Source of the DNA: Macrostomum lignano
Taxonomy: Eukaryota
Reading direction: 5' to 3'
Length of the DNA: 64,000 nt
Assembly: GCA_002269645.1 (NCBI GenBank)
Contig: NIVC01001586.1
Location: 18,076 to 82,075, forward strand
The translations under genes were made by a program, and so were the position numbers. Numbering within the stretch: the stretch's first letter is position 1; each line of letters starts with the position of its first letter. The notes beneath the pieces were generated by a model. The model saw only the letters and a list, made by a program, of their open reading frames with translations. It made no database searches and was not told the DNA's origin. Below are positions 46,147-60,991 of the stretch, piece after piece.

Positions 46147-49100
46147 TCACTTCCAAGTTACATCGTAGCCCTTCCACGGCCGGCCGGGCGCCAGGTGGAT
46201 CCGGCGGCCGGATTTGAACACGGGCACAACGCCGCTATAGGCGCAGCGGGCCACGCCGTCTTTGAAGTCCGGCATGATGTCCAGCCGCTTGGCCATGGCA
46301 ACGAACTCTTTTGGCCCGTTGTACTGGACACGAACCTCGGCTGGCGCGCCGGATCCGACTCCCAGAGCAATGTCCAGCGTCACCGATGGCAGTTTGTACA
46401 CCCGGTCCAGGTAATAGGAATCGTAATTAGATTTCAACAGGTAGCTCAGATCCATAGCAGCGTAGTTAACCGGCCGTTTGCTCAGCTCAATGAAGCGCAG
46501 GTATTTATCAAAATACAGGCCGTTGCTGACTCCCACCCGGCCGAATGTGTAGCTGCGGGACACCTCGGGGCGGAGGCAGGCTCGGCCGCGCCGGACGCCG
46601 GCCTTGCGCATGTGATCGTCCCAGTAGGCAGCCGGCCAGCCTGTCCGCAACTCCAGCCAGGTTGGCCGGAGCAGCATCCAGCCCAGGCCGGGGAAGAAGT
46701 CGGTCCGGTAGAACAGGTCGGATCGGGCCGTGTCGATCAGGTTGGACTTGCCGTTGTCGTTCCAGGCCGACACGCACCACACGGTGGGGTCCTGGGCCAT
46801 CACGCGGCCCAGATGGATAAAATAGTCGAAAAAGTCTGGCGCTATGTCCAAATCGTCTTCGACAACAATAGCGGCTGTGTAGTTCATTGTAAGGAATACC
46901 TTGATTGGGGAACAGTGAAAGTCATTTAACATAGTTGCTAGGCAATTAGCATCTGCTATAACTACGAAGGTAGGATTCTAACCTATATTTTGTGCGTCAG
47001 AGTGCCAATATAATTGATGCGTCACATGACTCATACCAATGCATTGCATAACGATTCTGTGATTGGAATTTACGAATTTGAGCTTAAACAGACTTTTATA
47101 AATGCTGTTATGTTTTAAAAATTTAAAGTTTATTAATCTGCTAAAAAAATTAAACTACTACCTTTAATTATAATTCTACCACTATTCAGCCGCGTTGCGT
47201 ACTAACCGCTACCAACTATGCTTAACTCACAGCGTTGGCGGATAATACGCTAACCCACTTAGCTAAGGGGTTCCAATATACTGGTCCATTACATTCGACT
47301 GCCTGACCCTACTTAACCTAAACCTAAATCATGGCAAGTCAAATGGATGGCGGTCAGCTACGCAAAGACAAACAAGAAAATGTATTGTTCTCACTTGATC
47401 AAACGCCCATCGAAAGTGCCTGGATATGTAATAATAACCAACAAGAGCTCTCTCCTTGGCCGGCACACTGATTGGGCTCAGGTCTGGCTGGCGAATGTGC
47501 ACCAGCTTGTTACCGTAGGACTGAATAACGCTAGCCGTTTCAGCGTGCCCGCAGTCCTGTGACACTATAACGTGAAACTGGTGCGGCCCGGAGGTCGGCA
47601 TGTACTTGAATATCTGGTCCAGGCTTCTGCGCACAGTTGGCCGATTGCAGGCGATCACCAGCACGGCGATGCTGGCTGGCAGGCTGTCCGCTGGGCTCAG
47701 CTTGGCCATCACCGGCCTGGGCGAAGTCGGCTCACCGATGCCACCGGCTACAAGATTAACAGAGAAATGTACGTAGAAGGTGAAACCCGATGAAAACGGT
47801 GCCTAGACAAAGAAGCGTCCCAGATTCGTTGCAGGTAGCACAGGTAAAATAGGAAAGAAGTGACTCTGGACGACTCTAAAAGTCGTTCTAAGAGTCAATT
47901 TGAGGCGCTGTATTTTCTGCGACTCTAAAACTCTGGGGCTGTAGACTTGTATCTGAGGCGTGATAGAGTCGCTGTAGAATCACATTTTGCATTTATAACA
48001 ACTCCATTTAGTCTAATTGAGTTAGTAGAAAGTTGAGCGCTAACACGACTCTTGGACGACTTTGCGACTCTTTTACGATTCTGCAACTCACGTGATGCTC
48101 TCGTGAATAATTAAGGCATTAAGCCATAGTAAAATAACTACGGCCAACTCAGCATTTTTTGTGTAAGCTACTTTCAGTAGTGAGCTTAAAAAGAAGCATT
48201 TTAACGTATTTTAGGACAGGACTCATTTTTTGGTCCTCTGACCCCCATCTGAACCCCTTCACCCGCGTCTTTCGACACAGAATCTCTGCCCCAATTTTTA
48301 TTGCCCTCCTCGGTGTTGCGGCCTAACGCTGGCATGTACATTCTCAGTGGCTTTGGCTTGGCTAATGTACATCACGGCTGCACCAATAGCCAGTTGTTTG
48401 CGTCTGCGAGTCACTCCAACTACCGGTCTTCATAAAATAGCTTACGCATTCTTCCTCACTACTGAGCTGAAAGTAGAGAAACTTTTAAAAGGATTTAGCA
48501 CTGCCAATGAGTGACTGTAAGGATTAGCACTGCCAATGAGTGACTGTAAGGATTAGCACTGCCAATGAGTGACTGTAAGGATTAGCACTGCCAATGAGTG
48601 ACTGTAAGGATTAGCACTGCCAATGAGTGACTGCAAGGATTAGCACTGCCAATGAGTGACTGCAAGAATTAGCACTGCCAATGAGTGACTGTAAGGATTA
48701 GCACTGCCAATGAGTGACTGTAAGGATTAGCACTGCCAATGAGTGACTGCAAGGATTAGCACTGCCAATGAGTGACTGCAAGAATTAGCACTGCCAATGA
48801 GTGACTGTAAGGATTAGCACTGCCAATGAGTGACTGTAAGGATTAGCACTGCCAATGAGTGACTGTAAGGATTAGCACTGCCAATGAGTGACTGTAAGGA
48901 TTAGCACTGCCAATGAGTGACTGTAAGGATTAGCACTGCCAATGAGTGACTGTAAGGATTAGCACTGCCAATGAGTGACTGTAAGGATTAGCACTGCCAA
49001 TGAGTGACTGTAAGAATTAGCACTGCCAATGAGTGACTGTAAGGATTAGCACTGCCAATAAGTGACTGTAAGGATTAGCACTGCCAATGAGTGACTGCAA

Positions 49101-50181
49101 GGATTAGCACTGCCAATGAGTGACTGCAAGAATTAGCACTGCCAATGAGTGACTGTAAGGATTAGCACTGCCAATGAGTGACTGTAAGGATTAGCACTGC
49201 CAATGAGTGACTGCAAGGATTAGCACTGCCAATGAGTGACTGCAAGAATTAGCACTGCCAATGAGTGACTGTAAGGATTAGCACTGCCAATGAGTGACTG
49301 TAAGGATTAGCACTGCCAATGAGTGACTGTAAGAATTAGCACTGCCAATGAGTGACTGTAAGGATTAGCACTGCCAATAAGTGACTGTAAGGATTAGCAC
49401 TGCCAATGAGTGACTGCAAGGATTAGCACTGCCAATGAGTGACTGCAAGAATTAGCACTGCCAATGAGTGACTGTAAGGATTAGCACTGCCAATGAGTGA
49501 CTGTAAGGATTAGCACTGCCAATGAGTGACTGCAAGGATTAGCACTGCCAATGAGTGACTGCAAGAATTAGCACTGCCAATGAGTGACTGTAAGGATTAG
49601 CACTGCCAATGAGTGACTGTAAGGATTAGCACTGCCAATGAGTGACTGTAAGGATTAGCACTGCCAATGAGTGACTGTAAGGATTAGCACTGCCAATGAG
49701 TGACTGCAAGGATTAGCACTGCCAATGAGTGACTGTAAGGATTAGCACTGCCAATGAGTGACTGTAAGGATTAGCACTGCTAATGAGTGACTGTAGGGAT
49801 TAGCACTCCAATTAACAATCCAACAATGGCCGAGTGGTTTAGCACTTATAAACGAATGACTTCAGAAGCTCAAACTAAAAAAAACAATGATAATTAATCA
49901 CCTTTATTGCCCCCAATGCTGCTCTGAGCTCGCAATGCCTCAGCAAGCTGACGACTTTCCACTAGCAGCTGTTGCAGTTCCTTCTGTTGCTGCTCAACCC
50001 TATTGATGAACTCTGCTGCCAGAAATCTGCTATTGGGCGGCTGGCCAGCAGCATGGCTATCGGACTCCGCTGCTGAAGGTGCCAAGCGTCGATTGAGCAG
50101 CAGAATGAAGGCCACCAGCCACAGCAGGAATGCAACAGAGAAAGCCAAGCGAGTCTTTGACCTGACTGGCAGTAGCGCCAT
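46147..50181 (-). CDS. MGAT1: Alpha-1,3-mannosyl-glycoprotein 2-beta-N-acetylglucosaminyltransferase (GnT-I, GT13), 461 aa
   Basis: Exons 50181-49902, 47747-47395, 46899-46147 (1386 nt, phases 1 and 0). N-terminal type II TM and coiled stem; VLVIACNRP, VIVSQDCGH, YYYISRHFRWAFDQVF, VVEDDLDIAPDFF, WCVSAWNDNG, RTDFFPGLGWML, YWDD, RPEVSRS.TFG. Confidence 0.96.
48235..48483 (+). repeat. Dispersed ~260-bp repeat, copy 2
   Basis: Collinear with 30580-30843. Confidence 0.85.
48492..49808. repeat. 29-bp minisatellite (GGATTAGCACTGCCAATGAGTGACTGTAA), ~45 copies, in MGAT1 intron 1
   Basis: Period 29 with only a few recurring point variants. Confidence 0.97.
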
Positions 50182-52496
50182 GAGGCCTCTGTAGCTGTCT
50201 GGTGCTGCTGACTTTTTGGGTTAGTGCTATATAATTGGGACTACTGTAAGCAATTAGGGAAATGGCAATTGAAAATACACATTAGTATCAAACACCTTTT
50301 TGAGAGCTAGGCCTAACGTGATGTAAATAAGACTTTTTATTGGCCTATTTATTTCTTTATGATTAAAAGGTAATTTCTACCAAATTGACAATTGAAGGCA
50401 CTGCACATACATTGAAGGCACTACACTAGTAACACATATTTTTACTAGTGTTCCATCATAAGGGGGGTCTATATGCCATAGCTATAGCTGTAAGCAAAAC
50501 TTATGGCTTATTCCAATTCTCCATATTCCATAGCTATAGGGATCACAATATTATCATATTCACATAATTCCCATAGCTGAAGCCATAGTTTTGATATAAA
50601 TTCTAGGAAATGAAATGCCTTGAATCAGGAAGATAACATAGTACTTAAACAACTGCAAATTAAGGTAGAAACTTAAACAAACACTGTGACAGTGGAGTTA
50701 GTGGAAAATGTCTATGTATTTACTTTTATTTTTACTATCAGTAGACTACGTAAGTGTATCATATTTCATATGAATTGTGTACATTCATTGCAGTGGCTTT
50801 TATATGTTGGCAAGTGATGAATTTTTAAAAAATCAATAATTTTGCTCAGTGCCCATTGTGACTATTAGCCAATCACAATTCACTGTATCATCTATCATTT
50901 TGATCTATTATATTAACTGATTGTTTTTCGTCACTACTCAAAAAATATAATAAACTTGGCTAACTAAGCAAGCAAAAATATATCAGTTTAATTGCATATT
51001 GGACTGCGCCACTACTTGCATTTTTCTGTTCTCTGTTTGGTCTTGTTCTGTCAAGGACTGCTATGTTGCGCTAGATTAAATTCGTCATACACTTAATAGC
51101 CTCTATAAGATTATATTTCCATCTATCTTGCAAAGAGTAACAATACTTAATCACTACTGAAAGTATTGCTACTAAACTTTTTATATTAATAAAAGTTAGA
51201 ATTTGGTAGGCCTAGTGTTTTATTGTATTTTATTCAGTATAATTTATAAGTTTTTTAATCTATACTACAGTTTACCAAAGTATATTTTTTATTCTACCTA
51301 TTTTTTAATTTATAACAACAGCTATAGCCTATAGGAAACTATAGAATATAACTGCAACTACTATATTTCTACAGATATAGCAATAAGAGCAGCTATCTAT
51401 ATAAGCATTTCAATATATAGGCATTGCATGTTTATAGCCCATTCTGCCAACTTTTCTAAGTAGGCATATATCATAGTCTATATAGGCATAGACATAGGCA
51501 TATATCTATATATCATAGTATATAGATATGTAGCTATATATAAGATATAGGTATATATATATATATATATATGATCAACTGACCAAATAAGCATAAAATT
51601 TAAGGGATACATAGGCTTAAACAAAGTTTTCTAATTGCTTCCCATAGTTATTTTGTTACCACAATTCTAATTTCTTTCTTCATTCTAGCCATAAACTACA
51701 TATAGCACTATACTTAAATTCTTAGGCTTACTTAATGAAGTAAGAGATTCTAGCTTTTGACTAAATTGTTTGAAGTTTTAAATTTGTCCATTTGATTAAG
51801 TCTTTAATTTGAAAACTATTGTTATAAAAAGATATTAAAATTTTTACAAATAAGTATAAAGCCTAGGTTTTATTCAAAATTTTATAGAAGGCACTGCATT
51901 TGGGGCAAGGATATTTTTTTAGAAATATTTAATTTGGCAAATGACCACGACTGCCACAGTGCCATATGCATATACCAAGACTGCCACAGCTATTACTGGT
52001 TCCGGTATTGAGGGGGAGCTACCAATCTTCTAGTAGGGGGCCTATTCATTGCTATTCCTTTCATAAATCATAGGTTTCTCTCTTTCAGCTTTGTCCTACT
52101 AGCTCTCTTACATACTTATCTCCTCTCTAGCACCATCTAATAACACATTGAGTCAAATTCCTCCCCTAGCTCCCCCAAGTATGGTGGTCTTAGTGTGTGG
52201 TATTCTTGTCCTATACCTTTAATTTGACCAAGTTTCCAGGTATCCTATGAGAGTGTTGGAAGATGTGCCTGAAAACGTGTTGCAGTGTTGATGAAAGTTA
52301 TACAGGTCCTAGACATTAGACTTACTGGCATAGTTCTAGTTTACTTCGCGATATTATTTCATAGGTCTACTTTACTTTGCAATATTATTTTTGTGTTTTT
52401 TTTGCATTTACATAGCATATTCTGCATCTGTACCCAAACCACAACCCTTTCAGCTTAATCTGCACAATGGCCAGCTGCCCAGCTGCCCCGACATTT

Positions 52497-52673
52497 ATTG
52501 TCCACACAAACCATATCGAGGGCACCTGGGCCCTTGCCAAGAGGCACCTGCGTGCAATACACAGTATAAGCAATGCACTCTTCGAGAGTCATCTCTTGTT
52601 TGAGCGCCGCCTATACCCGAACAATGTATTCGGCGCCATGCTTTACTGGGCTTTCGTGTATTATCCTGTTTAA
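52497..52673 (+). mobile_element. Merlin (IS1016/ISXO2-like) transposase C-terminal fragment
   Basis: HTNHIEGTWALAKRHLR...LFESHLLFERR...NVFGAML....YYP resembles the Merlin HTQ.IES.W...KR signature; possible VDES fragment near 52287. Confidence 0.55.
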
Positions 52674-53056
52674 GTGACTCGGCAACTTTAACTGACTGTT
52701 TTTCTGACTTGTGACACTTAAGCTGAACCTGGAAAGTGACAAAAACAGGGTGAAATAATTTAGCGAAAGGCAAAATAATACCGCAAAGTAAACTAGAACT
52801 AGAACTATGCTAACTTACTTATTACTAGGCCTAACCATTGTGTTGACTGTTGTATTTATTGGGAGGCAAATTTGGATTTTTCATTCAATTTAATCTAGAG
52901 GCCAGGCTAGACTCATGAATAAATGAGCCTCATATTATGAGCCTTGACAAGATTCATATGAATTAATTTTTTGAGTGGAACTGCCACACTAAACCAGGTT
53001 TTATGTAAATTAATAGTAGGCTATACCAAGCAATTTTTGATACAAGAATGTCGAAT

Positions 53057-53207
53057 ATATACACAGCAACAGTCAAAAGTTCCACCTGTACAAATCAGGC
53101 GTAGTTAGAGAGAAAATTTTTCATTTAAAGTGCACAGTAAAAAGTGAGTAAAAATATTCTTGCTTCGTGGGTCAGTGGGTGGAACTTTTGACTGTTGTTT
53201 GGTGTAT
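53057..53207. mobile_element. Small MITE-like element
   Basis: Perfect 20-bp inverted repeat 53067-53086 and 53178-53197, extending imperfectly to TATACAC...GTGTATA. Confidence 0.6.
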
Positions 53208-54929
53208 ATCACTGATGGCGACTTGCTAAGTTGTTTTTCGCAGGAGGGTGCACAAGCACAAGATAGTTTTTTTATTAAATTATTGAATTTTGTGCGGTTC
53301 CGTTAATCCGCTCCGCCTCCCGACATGTCCGAAGCAGCAAAAAATTGTTGAAGGACGAGTTGATGGCAGCGAGATGCCGGACATCTCATCTCTTCTCACC
53401 TGATGCAATTAATTTACAGGAAAGCGGTTCGAATTTAAAAATAAAGGCGAACGTCATTATTAATATTAAATAAACAAATAAATGCAAAATTTCACATCGA
53501 ACTTGTACAGCCATTGCAAAGCCTATTTTCTTTTCCGAAGTAGACGTCACTTCTATAGTGATTGAAGTAGGAATTAATTTAAACTTCAACATTCTTCATA
53601 ACGCCTTCACAGACCTAGCTGTTTTTCATTTTACCAAATATAGCCTCGAGGCTTGAGTTGCTGAATAGAAGTGGACACGTATAGTTTTATTTAGGGTTAA
53701 AAAAATAAAAACATAGAATAAAAATGCCCGGATAAATTATTCACTGTATATACGAATAAAATTATGTAACTTGGATCCGTTACTTTTCTGAGGGCGATTT
53801 GCCCACCGAAGTTTTACTGCCGACTCGAAGACATTTGCCGGCTGAAATTTTACTGTTTAAAGTTTTGTAATTGCTCCTCACAGTTATCATGCTGTCGTAA
53901 TTCTATACTTCCTTTTTCGTTCCGGCCATGCACGGACGATCGACTATATACTTAAAGTTACTTCCTAGCTACGACTTAATTGAGTAAAAAATAGATTCTG
54001 GCTCTTTTGACTAAATTGTTTGATTTTCGAAGCAAAGAAGTCATGTGATTTGTTAATGAAGAAAGCAGCCCATCGCAATGTTGATCCCTAATTTTGAACC
54101 ATGAGCGTCAAATTCAAATTCATGTCAAAAACATGCCTTGGTCAACTGGAAAATTAACGCAGGAAAATATTAGAGTAGCCCATGCAGTATACGTAGAATA
54201 CATGTATATACAGCAAACTGTTTAGAGACTGGCATGGATGGAATGAGAGCGGAGATGGGGGCAATAAATGGGGTTGGAATGATTGGGTTTGGGGGCTGAG
54301 CGCGCATGGCCTAGGACTTTACAGTATATCTAAATCATTTTCATACTAACTGTTGCGAGAAGATCGAATATAGAAGCCTAAAAAGATTCTATAGATTTAT
54401 AAGAAAAAATAACACTAACTAATACTGTATCTCATGCACATCGGTCGTATGTGCTTCTATAGGGATGCTTCTATAGGGGATCAGACATTTTTCTCATATA
54501 CGCTATATATTACATATGCGGTCCGCTATATACGAAAGAAATCACACCCGTAGCCCGTACCTACCTACTGACAAACCATTTATTTTAGTAATAGCTAGTG
54601 GATAAAAATTATTATTAATTGCTGGATTGTTGGCACGGGACGGACCTTAGAAGACGCCGTCCCACAACCAAATCTTGGCATCTTCTAATCTCGGAAAACT
54701 TTTACAATACCTGTAACAACTAACTCGAAAACAAAATACACATACCAGTAGCGTAAGAGCTTCGGATAGAAGCTGAAGCGCTAGTACTTATCAAAGTAAA
54801 AAGTAAAAAATCTTGGCATCAGCGCAATTTTTGTCATTCTGTCAGTTCCGTTGACTCCCTACCACATACAAGAGCGCGGATATTGTACGCATACACATAG
54901 CACACATAGCACTTACACATAGCCGTGTA

Positions 54930-55015
54930 CATGTACATGCCTGACGACTAGAAAGTACACCCTAGGTACTGTACACCCTATGTGAGCATGTGCATGAGTG
55001 CGCGCCCTCATGCAG
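54930..55015 (+). mobile_element. Fragment of the SINE body family
   Basis: GTACATGCCTGACGACTAGAAAG...TGTACACCCT matches 12196-12240 and 12569-12610. Confidence 0.5.
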
Positions 55016-57379
55016 GAACCGAAGGTGAGATGCTTGTTGGATAAAGCATTTCGCGGCAACAGCCACGCGACTCTGGTAGAATTTGTATGACTTTCGAGTA
55101 TAACGCGTCAATCATTTATACTTTAGCTGTAAAAAAACACACACTTTAGAAAACCTACACGACCTAGCTCGCAAAAGTTTCTATATTCAGCGCTACTGCT
55201 GTAAGCTAAAGCAAACCGATACCCAAGAGCTTCATTCGCGATCTTTTTACCATCACTTTTTGTCTCTTACGAGTAATTTTGATACAGTTCATAAAACCGA
55301 ATATTTAACTACTTGGCAAAGCAGACACGCAAAGGCGCGACCTTTAGAGTTAATAATTTATAACATTAGATTAGCCAAACGCTCAGACAATTCGCAAGCC
55401 ACGTCTGTATAAGAGAACCCGATTTCAACTAACTTTACTTGAATTGGACATGCATGCACATGTCCAATGCACATGCACATAATGCATGCTTAATTAGCCT
55501 TAAAACATGCTCACCCCGCTACGCACGTACCTCAAAACATCACAGAAAGGGTGTTGCAGTGATTAGACGAAATTCAGCATTTCTGTGCTTATCCTGCTCC
55601 ACTGTACTAACTTGCATCAACTGCTTCTTTCAGACGTATAATTTCATGCTTTATTAGCATAACTGAGCGTGTGTTCTTCTACAAGTAGATCAGGCAGCAA
55701 AACAATAGGGAAATTTCTGGACAAATATCATTCCCAGCCAATATGCAGACTTTCACTTACTTTGTACTCGTGCTGCTAGAACAGTGGAGCTTTTCGATTT
55801 AATTGGCCTTAATCCCATTTAATTTGCAGCCGACAATTAGGGCTAAATTAAATTGAAATTTAATGAAGTGGCAAATTGTTCTGCTGAGAAGTGGAGTGCC
55901 AATTAAATTGATTTATTCATGCCAGTACTCGGATTTGAAAAAAGTTACCTTTTGAGTTAGGCCAAAGCAATACGCGAACATAGCAACTCTCGCATGCAGT
56001 GAGCTGAGCTCATATTGGGTGGCCTTCGGTGAGTTCGCAATCATCACCCGAAGAACATGCAGAGCCAGGGGTGCTTTGTCTTGTTATTTCAGACCCTGCT
56101 GCTGTCATTGTTTTTAAAAGCAATTGTCAATTATTTCTATCTGTTTTCACGAGTGATTGCATATAGACCTGTTCACTGTTCACCTGTTCGCTTCATCAGC
56201 TAGTGCATGACAAGCCATTGTTATCGCGTTTTCCCATACTTTTTCTAATGTCCAATACAAGTAACGGTATTTAAATTGGATAAGACGAGTTTTTAAACAC
56301 ATTTGTTACCGAATTTTCATCTTCAGATATTCTTTAGTCATAGTTAATGATCGGATATTCATTTTTCGTTTCAGATTGTTTTATTCTGAGAATTTAGCTC
56401 TAGTTTAAAAAAATTCAAGCAGGTTTTAAACAATAAAATATAGATAGATACAACGATTTCCCATTATTCCCAGACATTATTTCCATTTCAGTGATTTTAT
56501 CTGATGGTTAGATTCAAATACCAGTATAATCCCGGAAACTCGTTATGTTTATGTTTCACAATAGATTATAAGGTTGCATTTGAGATATCATTTTATAAAA
56601 ATCCCAAGGAGCCGAGGGCCGAAGCGAGCATTTTTTATAGTCTAACATAATTTTATCAGATGCTGTATATGCACCTATACCTATACGTACTGATCTTGTT
56701 AACTTTCGTAATCAGATTTGAAAAACTGTCGACAGCAAGACTGATAGACAGTCTGTAGACAATAAACAGTACACTTCTACTGTAGACTATCTAGAATTTT
56801 AAAAAGCCAACCTAAAGTTTTGCGTCAATAATACAGTTATTACTTTGGTAACGATCGAATCAGTAGACTCAAATCAGTAGCTTATCTCCGCTACCACAGA
56901 CACAGGAATTCTTTATTGGTATCAACGCATTATACACGTTCAATTTGAACTGTTTAATGTAGCCAATAACAAGTAACATCAAAACATGATGAATCAGTAA
57001 ATAGTTAGATCCACGCTGAAGTCACAGTACAGTATACCATAACACACCGAGGTGAACTTGGTGAAGCAAAAATTCGTTGGACCGTAGAAATTTAACGCCA
57101 GCGCGCCCCATTCCTGATGCAGAGACACAGCGCAGGCCTTCTACACTTAAGAAGCTTTTGACCATATACTATATGCAGAGATACAGGGAGCGGTGATTAA
57201 TTTCTCCACCGGAGATGAACTCGTGCTAAATATAAATCCATCGAGGCTCACAGTCAGTGGTGAAAATTAGAATTGAAGCGAAATCTCCCCGTTTCAGTGT
57301 GTTTTCTGTATTAAATTTCCAAGAATACACAGTGTGGTCCTTTAGAACTTGAACTAGAACTTGAGAGCTTGAGACTCGC

Positions 57380-57931
<552 letters not shown>

Positions 57932-60900
57932 GGCTAATAGATCCGCTACCCGGGGCTCGAATCAAATGCGATTTTTCCAAACAGGATACAATTTACAGAT
58001 GTGTGTTTTTCTGAACGCGTAGCATAGCTAGAGACAAGGATTTTTATGCGGTTTCTCTCCATAAAACGCTTCAGCGCCTCAACATAGCTGCAAGTTTAGT
58101 TATCAGCTGGAAATTCCATCTCGTGAGCTTCACAAGGAATGCAAACTAGACTCGTATGCCATTTAAGGAGGCTGGCTGCTGTCGATCCGCCTCTGCGAAA
58201 CAGTTGATAGCGAGCTTAATTGGTAACAAAAATGTCAGCTATGTCTGTCTGAGATGTCTGACCCAAGAACATGTTGACGTAAGTGAGAGAATATCCAGCA
58301 CATATCTATGGATATAGCATATACGAGCGTACTAGTGTTAACACAGTATAGCATACTATTACTTCTAGAACTGCAGTTTTGCTACAATTCGTAACGGTTT
58401 CAACGAAAAACCGGAACTGCTGCATTGCACTCTGCCGGCGCCGTCGGGGATCGCCGAACAACTAAGCGCCAGCGAAACCTGCGAATGCGATGGCGATGTA
58501 GCGCTGAGTCAGGAATCTTTTCAAAGATTGGATGGCCCAGACGTGGCTTGCCCCGTTGCAATGGATCGGATCGAAGTGGAAGAAGTCATGCTGTGTACAT
58601 TGGTGGCTACACGCTGCGAACAGTCACGACCTTTAACTGCAGTGCGTGGAAAAGTCAGTTGCTGTCCGAAGTCTGACACAGCTTTAACCTTTCATGTCAT
58701 GTCAGCCGTTGGGAATCAGCATCGCTGTATTTGATGAAGTGGAGCTTTATTTCGCTACGAGACGTCTGCAACTCGCTGCTGCACTGACGTGATGGCATGC
58801 ATCCTGATATAAGCATTTCTGGAGTTAGTCTACCCTGCTGTGAAGAACATGTTAAATAGTCTGCAACTACCTACCATGAGACTGTACTCATGGGTTCGTC
58901 GGCATCATTGGTGCAGGCTGAGAATGCGCAGGTTTAGCGGAGAAAAGGAGCGCACTGCTGCAAGAAGAAGGCTGCAGAAGCTCCTATAAGCCGAATCTTG
59001 CGTAGCCATACATAGCCATGTTTATGTACGAACAATGAAGATGAAACTGTTAGTTTAGTTTCCAATATTCTAGAATTCTCACGGAGATATTGTTAGAATA
59101 TACAGATTATTACTGTAGTCCATTGTTCTCACTGATGCTACCGGTATTGTTAACATTCTTGTACATGTATTCGCATATAAATTTTAATTGGTATACTGTA
59201 TGCTCATAATTTGCTTGTTGGTTAATCCCACATTGAAAGAGCATTTAAACTAGGAAAGAGCCCTTTATTGAATAGCATTGTAACGAAATTTTAATAACGC
59301 AAATAATCATTTAGGTAAAAATATTTACCCAGAAAATCCTGCTTTTAGTGTAAAGTAAACGGAACGGACCGCTATAGCTAGGCTTGGGAGAGTTTGAAAG
59401 TGAGATTTTTTCGGTGAGAGTTTGCAATTACTCAATAGTACATGTGTTGATGTCGCCTAGTATGCTTTTAGTAAATCAACGTAGCGAGCCGTCACTATCT
59501 GCTTCAAACAGACTTTGCTCAACACTAGGGACAGGAAACGACAAAAGTTGGAGGTTGATCTATTAATAACTCAGTCCTCGAAAAAGCATTGCTTGAATAG
59601 GTTTTTTACCACAGACACAAATTCACTGTCACCTTAATGGAAAGCACTAAGAAGATAGAAGCTTATTCACGTCCCTAGTATTGAGTGGTTCTTGATTTAA
59701 AATTAGCAACATAGCCGGATCTGCCATAACCAAGAAAACAAATTTAGCCTAGTCGTCTCTATGCACTAAAAAATAAAACAGGATCAGGAAGACCGTTCTA
59801 GTTTAGAGAGTAAATTACTCACAAGACACCACTTCCAAGTCATAAAATTGATGAATTGGAACAAACAATGTCTAAAATATAAGCTAGATACCTTTTATTT
59901 TTCTAAGAACACGATATAGCCACGCGCGCACCGTTAAATGCGAATAATGAGACTACAGAGAAGCTGACAGAGGGCTTTCATCGAAATAATTTTATTCAGC
60001 TAATACAATTAAGCAGATGGTAATAGTGTTAGTCCTGTATACTAAAAGTGAAAATTGAAGCTAAAAATACGCTTTATTCATATTTTCCAACACAAGTCTG
60101 TCAAATGAACTCTTTTTCTACCGTTAGTTGCCAAAGCGAGGATATTTCTAACTGAAGTCATGAAAATTTATTGAAAGTCCAAATAATTCTAAATGTGTAT
60201 GTATAATTATTCACCCATAAAGTTTGCAGGCAGCCCACTAAAATACTCCAGCGAGCGCTAAAATTTCCTGGCGCAAGAAGGCACAGAATCCGTATACTAA
60301 AAATGGTCTTTCAACACTAAAATCCAGACTGCAGTTCGAGACAAGACGCTGCAACAACAACAGTATAGATAAGAAACTTTCTCCGTAGCCTGCGGCTTAA
60401 AGTGTCGCTAGAGTGTAGTAGTACATGTACTCCTTAATTACGGGGTGTTTCGATGGGGACAATGCTCGAATCCCGCTCCGACTAATCTTAGGCCGTCCCT
60501 TTCGAGCACTGTCAAAAAGCCTAATATACGAGCTAGTGATGTTTCAGCGACTCATAAAGCTACCTCTGCAAGATGCTACTCTACGGTATTTGTACCTTTT
60601 GCTCTGAACTGTGGCCTCGACTCCGGAGCCCCGGATTCTGTCGGTCTGCTATGGAAAATTCCAGACTTGGGGTAGAGAGGGGAGTTTTCTCTGAAACTAG
60701 ACTCTAATTCTGACTGACGCTTTCTATTAGAATAAAAGCTTCGAATTCTCAGCCCCTGTATACTCACTAATAGTTCGATCGTGATCGTAATCTGCGCTGG
60801 ATTCCTAAATTTACAATACGATGGACTGCGATTTTCATCCTTAGCAGGCTTTATTGTCAGAGTTATCCGGCAAATGGCTAATCAAATTAAATAGATTGCA

Positions 60901-60991
60901 AAGAAACTATTTGACCGCAACCTACAGATTACAGATTCTGTAATAACCAGTATTGCGGTGTGTGTATTAGCCTAACTACATGTACAACCAG

